Shown: positions 22,035 through 27,634 of the stretch, piece by piece
Position numbering within the stretch: position 1 is the first letter of the stretch
Layout: every line of letters starts with the position of its first letter
Source of the DNA: Octopus sinensis
Taxonomy: Eukaryota
Direction of reading: 5' to 3'
DNA length: 27,634 bases
Assembly: GCF_006345805.1 (NCBI RefSeq)
Contig: NW_021833365.1
Span: forward strand, 1 to 27,634
Position numbers and translations under genes: made by a program
Notes under the pieces: model-generated
The model's database searches: none
Told to the model about the DNA's origin: nothing
Seen by the model: only the letters and a program-made list of their open reading frames with translations

Positions 22035-22465
22035 AGCAAATGAAAGTTGTAAGGTACCGCTCGAGTGGAAATATATATATGAAAGAAGGTTTGAAAAATC
22101 AATTTTAAAGATGTTTATTGACTTGACTGGTTTCATTTTTTTCAGAAAAAGTTTGTCAAAAGTAAAATGTAAAGCTCTTACAAAGCTCTAACAGTTCAAA
22201 TACTATGAAATAAGCATAGTCAGTTTCATTTTTACCAAATAATTTTGGAAAATGAATGGGTTATTTTCCTTGGGTTTATAAAAGGATCCATTCCAGGGGC
22301 CATATTATCGATTTGTTCAACAATCTCAGTATGCCATGAGGTTTCTAGACATGAGCTCTACTCATGTGTCAAGTTTCATCAAAATCGATAAAAGAATGTA
22401 GGTGGAATTAGCTAACAACTCCACGAACACAACCACGAGCAGAATTCCCCTCATATGTAGAAGTA
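22035..22465. mobile_element. Possible Helitron/Helentron (DINE-1-like) non-autonomous element
   Basis: Near-palindrome CCGCTCGAGTGG close to the left end, and gtgtcaagtttcatcaaaatcgat near the right end, a motif I recall from DINE-1/Lep1-type elements. Canonical termini not confirmed. Confidence 0.35.
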
Positions 22466-22983
22466 TGTGTATGTATATATATATATATATACATTTATAT
22501 ATATGCATATACCTTTGTAATAACACACATTAATACTGCTTGTGCTACACATACAGACACACACAAAACACACAAATGAATTTCAAATACAAACACCAAC
22601 AAATGTGAACCTTCGTATATCAGTACGCAATGAAGAATACACCTTTAGTCTCACAACATTCCAAACAAGAAGGGACGTAAATGATTATAAAATACAATCA
22701 AATAAACGAAATGATTAAATGCATATAAAAACAAAATGGCTATTTTTGAAAGCTTTCAATAGGGGAGAGAGGTGGGGAGAAGATGTGTGAAAGCTATAGA
22801 GGGAAGGGGAGGAATAGTTGGTGGTGGTGGGGGGGGTAGGGCTAAGAGAAGACTGGCGTTTGTAATAACAGATAAACTAAAGAAAAAGGGAGGGATTATC
22901 TAAGTCAGTACACAAGGACAATGCTAATTCTAAATACCTCAGCGTTAATACTAACACCACCACTAGAAATAACTGTTGATATA

Positions 22984-23268
22984 GGCGCAGGCGTGACTGT
23001 GTGGTAAAAAGCTTACCAACCACATGGTCCCGGGTTCAGTAACACTGCGTGGCACCTTGGGCCCGTCGTGTATGTGTGTGTATGTATGTGTGAATGTGTG
23101 TGTGTGTGTTTGTGTATATATGTGTGTACCTATGTGTGCATGTCTGTGTGTCTTTATTGTACTCCCATAATTGCTTGACAACCAGCGTTGGTATGTTTAC
23201 GTACCCGTAACTTGGCGGTTCGGCAAGAGGGACCGATAGAATAAGTACTAGGCTGGAAAAGTAAGTTC
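22984..23268 (+). mobile_element. SINE family A, internally deleted, 3' tail missing
   Basis: Head ggcgcaggcgtgactgtgtggt...ccgggttcagt...gtggcaccttgggc joins directly to ccgtcg, skipping about 75 bp present in other copies. Long internal (TG/TA)n, then ...cggttcggcaagagggaccgatagaataagtact. Confidence 0.88.
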
Positions 23269-24029
23269 TCGCACACACACACACACACACAAATATACAT
23301 AGATTTATGTATATACATGAATGTATACATACACACGTGTGTATGTATGTATGTATGTATGTATGTATGTATGACGTGTACCAGCAAATCGAACCGCCAC
23401 TCCTGTTTATATTCATATAGTCTCATATCTAAATGAGCTTTTTAATTAGCTGATTTAATAAATCAAAAAATCATGATGAAAGAAAACTTTAGCCTTCAAA
23501 ATTCCCCTAAGGTTTAAAGTGTCGCTAACATAGCAAACGGTAGAGGAGAAGGATGAGGAAAAAATGGCATATAAGTTTATTACTCGCATGTAATCTTTCT
23601 CACTCTCATTTTCTCTCTCCTTTTATGTATGCATATGTGTGAGTATATGTGTGTGTGTGTGCGTGCGCGTGTGATATACAAGTAGACTATTTTCTGTACG
23701 TTGTGCAGTAGACCATGCACTGTTTTTACTCTTTGAATTCGCAATAGCTGACAAGGTTGTTGATATGGTTGTTATTGTTGTTGTTTTCCTGGCAGCCATT
23801 GCTGCTGCTGTTGCTGCTGATACTGATTATCATTAGTTTGCTCTTAAAAATTAGGCCTATATGCGAAGATGTTCCAGTTATGCACAACTATTCCGATTTT
23901 TAGTTTATATATTTTTACTAATTTTGATTCAGACACCGCAATCTTATTTAAAAACAGCCGACAGGATATGATACAAAGGAAATATAGCTGCTGTTTCTTT
24001 TAGACTAAGTGACTACGTAGAAAAGTTAA

Positions 24030-24324
24030 TAAAGCGATAAACGTCGCCCTTTTCAAGCCTAGCCAGGCTAATGGGCCCGGTTTCCCGGTTTCTGTGGCGT
24101 AAATTTTCCCCACCAGCTGGACGGGACGCCAGTCCATCGCAGCGTTACTCAAGAAACAGGAAGAGAGAGTGAGAGAAAGTTGTGGCGAAAGGGTACAACA
24201 GGGGTCGTGGAGCTTTTAGGTGTTTTCGCTCAATAAACACACACAACGCCTGGTCTGGGAATCGAAACCGCGATCCTCCGACCGCGAGTCCGCTGCCCTA
24301 ACCACTGGGCCATTGCGCCTCCAC
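24030..24324 (-). mobile_element. Full-length SINE family C with 11-bp TSD
   Basis: Minus-strand head gtggaggcgcaatggcccagtggttagg...ggtttcgattcc. Flanked by AGAAAAGTTAA at 24019-24029 and 24325-24335. Confidence 0.93.
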
Positions 24325-24541
24325 AGAAAAGTTAACAACTTACGTCAAATGAGTTGGTAGGACTTCGGTCTTCTCAAAGACAAACTTATTAACCAGCAAG
24401 CTCCTGTGTTGCCCCTTTGCACTAGCCTTTGCAGAGGACAACAGGGAACAACTCAAGTGTTTGTCGTCATTGGACTGCAACAACTGCACTGCTATTTTGC
24501 TCATGAGCAAGAACATAAGAACATCCTGGCATTGTACTTAC

Positions 24542-24673
24542 CCTTCCATGCAATAAGCGTTTGCTCCAGTCACGACTGGTCAACTTTGCACTGGCCGAAT
24601 CACTCCAGCCGAAATCTACAATATTGGGGTCAGTGACGGAAACAGCGTGCCCTGCTCTATGTGGGATTGCGAC
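24542..24673 (-). CDS. Candidate 132-nt phase 0-0 exon of unknown identity (may instead be a decayed transposon)
   Basis: CAG| acceptor at 24674-24676 with a weak pyrimidine tract, strong donor AAGG|GTAAGTA, open frame [44 protein letters not shown]. No protein recognised. Confidence 0.18.
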
Positions 24674-24761
24674 CTGTGTGTTTTCCACAAAACACACACG
24701 TTCACCACACATCCGACACACACACACACAAACAAACATGGGAATGCGCATACATGTATTC

Positions 24762-24762
<1 letters not shown>

Positions 24763-24827
<65 letters not shown>

Positions 24828-24909
24828 GTCTACCTACCTACGTACCTATCTACCTATCTGTCTATCTATCTATATATCTATCTATCAACCTACCTATCTA
24901 CCTATCTAC

Positions 24910-24970
<61 letters not shown>

Positions 24971-24990
24971 CGTCTATCTGCCTATCTGTC
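24763..24990. repeat. (TCTA)n/(CCTA)n microsatellite
   Basis: Read directly. Source of the IYLS/STYL repeats in ORFs 24561..25058, 24647..25051 and 24661..25035. Confidence 0.96.
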
Positions 24991-25629
24991 TGTCAGTCTG
25001 CCTGTTTCTTTTCGTGTGTATTTATATACATATGAGAAGTGTTATTGTTAGAGTATGAGTGTGAGTGAACGTGCGTGTGCTTTTGTATGTATGTAGGCAT
25101 AAGTGGTAAGTCTTTAAGACTGTTAACTTTCTTCGCCAACATCTTACTGGGTCTTATTTGTGCAAGAAGCGAGTAAAATTTGTTGATACAGGTGCCTGCT
25201 TGGGCAAAAAAACTAACAGTCAGTCTCTGTATATTTCAGTTTGATTCTTTTTGTTTGTTTGTTTTTTTTCTGGTATTTTTTTTTTCATTTCCTTTTTTGT
25301 GAGTGTTTGTATGTGTGATTTTATTAAGTAAGAGAATAGTTACCTCCATTGAATAAATGATCGCTTATCTCTACGCAGATTGACGCGCTCACACACGCAC
25401 ACGCGTACACACAAGAAACATCGTTGGGATGTGGTCGTCGTAAAGCTTATTCTTCGCATAAGCAGGAATATATAGACGCAAAACCGAGAGAATGAAAGAA
25501 GTAGAAGAAAAGAGAGAGAGAGTATTGAATACAAGAGTGGGCGGCAAAAAGGGTTTCGCTTCTATGTTTCTTGTTGTATTTGTTTGTTACGAGGTTGTGC
25601 ACATGTGTGATGAGTCTAATTCGTAATCT

Positions 25630-25660
<31 letters not shown>

Positions 25661-25827
25661 ACCTCCCCCTCTCTCTCTCAGGCGTGCACACACAGACACA
25701 CACACAGATACACATACGCAGAAACACACATGCTCACACATATAGAAAGAGGTTGGGCCAAAAGCCACGCACCAAACCGTTGAACATTTTTATTTCTTTT
25801 ATCTTGTTATTATTTTTAGCAATGATT

Positions 25828-25977
25828 GGTGGTATTTCGTCCGTCTTCATGCTCTGAGTCGACATTGCCTTTTCTCATTTCGGGATCGATAAATTAAATA
25901 CCAGTAAAATACTGGGGTCGATGTAATCGACATGCTCCCTCTCCCAAAATTCAGGCCTTGTACCTTTAGTAGAAAAG
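25828..25977 (+). mobile_element. SINE family B2 (B body, alternative tail running into (ATT)n), 5'-truncated with internal deletion
   Basis: ggtatttcgtccgtcttcatgctctgag/tcgacattgcctttctcatttcgggatcgataaattaaataccagtaaaatactggggtcgatgtaatcgac matches B1 up to the hairpin, then diverges into a different tail ending agaaaagattatt. Confidence 0.8.
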
Positions 25978-26088
25978 ATTATTATTATTATATATTATGA
26001 TATTATTATTATTATTATTATTATATATTATAATAATTAATAATTATTATTATATATTATTATTATTATTATTATTATTATTTTATTA

Positions 26089-26123
<35 letters not shown>

Positions 26124-26163
26124 TATTATTATTATTATTAATTATTATTATATTATTATTATA

Positions 26164-26206
<43 letters not shown>

Positions 26207-26242
26207 TATTATTATTATTATTAATAATAATAATAATTATTA

Positions 26243-26278
<36 letters not shown>

Positions 26279-26363
26279 ATTTTATTATTTTAAATATTAT
26301 TATATTATTATTTATTATTATATTATTATTATTATTATTATTATATTATTATTATTATTATAT
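25978..26363. repeat. Long interrupted (ATT)n microsatellite
   Basis: Read directly; about 385 bp. Confidence 0.97.
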
Positions 26364-26905
26364 TGAGTGTGAGAGCAGTGCATGCCATCAAAGTAACACT
26401 AGGATACAAATATACGAAGCTTGATATACCCATAAGGCTACACTATGCACATGCATTACAAATATGTGCGCCAAATGGTGATTTCATATCAAGATAAATA
26501 GCACATGACCTTGCAGGTGGGGACCCAGTTAGAAGTTCTTCAGGTCGAATAGCCCATCCTACTCAAAAGGTCCCTGAATAAGGTTTGTTTAAAGAGGAAG
26601 AATGAAACACTCATGTTTCCAGAGGTGAATTATCCAAACCCCAAAGAATTCATCTCAACACGTGTCTATGATGTTCTCCCCACTACTTCTGCTCGTGATC
26701 AGGGATGCACATATCGTCAGCCACTAAAGGACATGGTCGACTGATTAAGGTCAAAGCAACTGACAAGCAAATCTGTGGTATTGAGCAGAATATTTGTTGT
26801 AGCTCATCGTTTATACCAAGACAAAACAATATACATGACAACACTTCCAATCAGTTAAGATCAGAAGCCATGAGAGCCAGAGCCTGGTGCTGCATCAAGG
26901 CATTC
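26364..26905 (-). mobile_element. Unclassified interspersed element (probable retroposon with an (AAT)n tail)
   Basis: Non-coding, more balanced base composition, and on the minus strand it ends directly in (AAT)n. I recall this sequence as an abundant octopus repeat, but there is only one copy in this window. Confidence 0.5.
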
Positions 26906-26906
26906 A

Positions 26907-27114
26907 TTTTTACTCTTTAACTTGTTTCAGTCATTTGACTGCGGCCATGCTGGAGCACCGCCTTTACTCGAGCAACTCGACCCCGGGACTTATTCTTTTG
27001 TAAGCCCAGTACTTATTCTATCGGTCTCTTTTGCCGAACCGCTAAGTAACGGGGACATAAACACACCAACATCGGTTGTCAAGCAATACTAGAGGGACAA
27101 AAACAGACACACAA

Positions 27115-27160
<46 letters not shown>

Positions 27161-27343
27161 TATATATAGATATATGATATATACGACGGGCTTCTTTCAG
27201 TTCCGTCTACCAAATCCACTCACAAGCATTGGTCGGACGAGGCTATAGTAGAAGACACTTGCCCAACATGTCACGCAGTGGGACTGAACCCGGAACCATG
27301 TGGTTGGTTAGCAAGCTACTTACCACACAGCCACTCCTGCGCC
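26907..27343 (-). mobile_element. Full-length SINE family A
   Basis: Same head, body and tail as the 4648 and 21058 copies; the internal microsatellite is mostly (TA)n. Confidence 0.93.
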
Positions 27344-27634
27344 TATTTTGTTTATCATGCACATGTATGTTTGCGTTCATCGCGACTTCATTTATTTTAT
27401 TCAATTTTAGAAAAATTGGTGCAAGTCTCCGACATTTCCTGAGCATACCGAACTTATTTTGTGCGCCACTTTTGGTTCAGCCTTGAATATGAATATATAA
27501 GGTTATATTCTCTCAGCCCCTGCAGGAACCCTACGGACACATTATGTCCTAAGGAGGGTATTGCACGTCTAAATTAGACGATGTTCATCATTAACCGTGT
27601 CGAATCATGAACTTTTCTGAGACGGAGAATCGAT

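Overview
This is AT-rich eukaryotic, mostly non-coding DNA (intron or intergenic), very dense in microsatellites: (TA)n, (CA)n, (GATA)n, (ATT)n, (GA)n, (GGT)n. The repeat content looks like an octopus (coleoid cephalopod) genome. That assignment rests on my recall of these SINE sequences plus the repeat density, not on a search. I recognise no intact host gene, rRNA, true tRNA or CRISPR array. Nearly all ORFs in the supplied track are microsatellite or SINE read-throughs. Supportable content: (1) at least three tRNA-headed SINE families, here labelled A, B and C, about 15 copies or fragments, four with clear 10-13 bp target-site duplications; (2) two short non-autonomous Helitrons with recognisable termini, plus a third possible rolling-circle element; (3) one dead, internally deleted Tc1/mariner transposase (rosa/DD41D-like) at 19874-20337 on the minus strand, with tandem filler DNA at the deletion junction; (4) an unclassified element joined tail-to-tail to a SINE through a shared (ATT)n tract; (5) several fold-back palindromes and a few non-repetitive islands that could be exons. 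I found no convincing novel protein-coding system. The most interesting signals concern SINE modularity (a hairpin module shared between families, tail swapping, a GGT target-site bias) and possible dsRNA/ADAR substrates.
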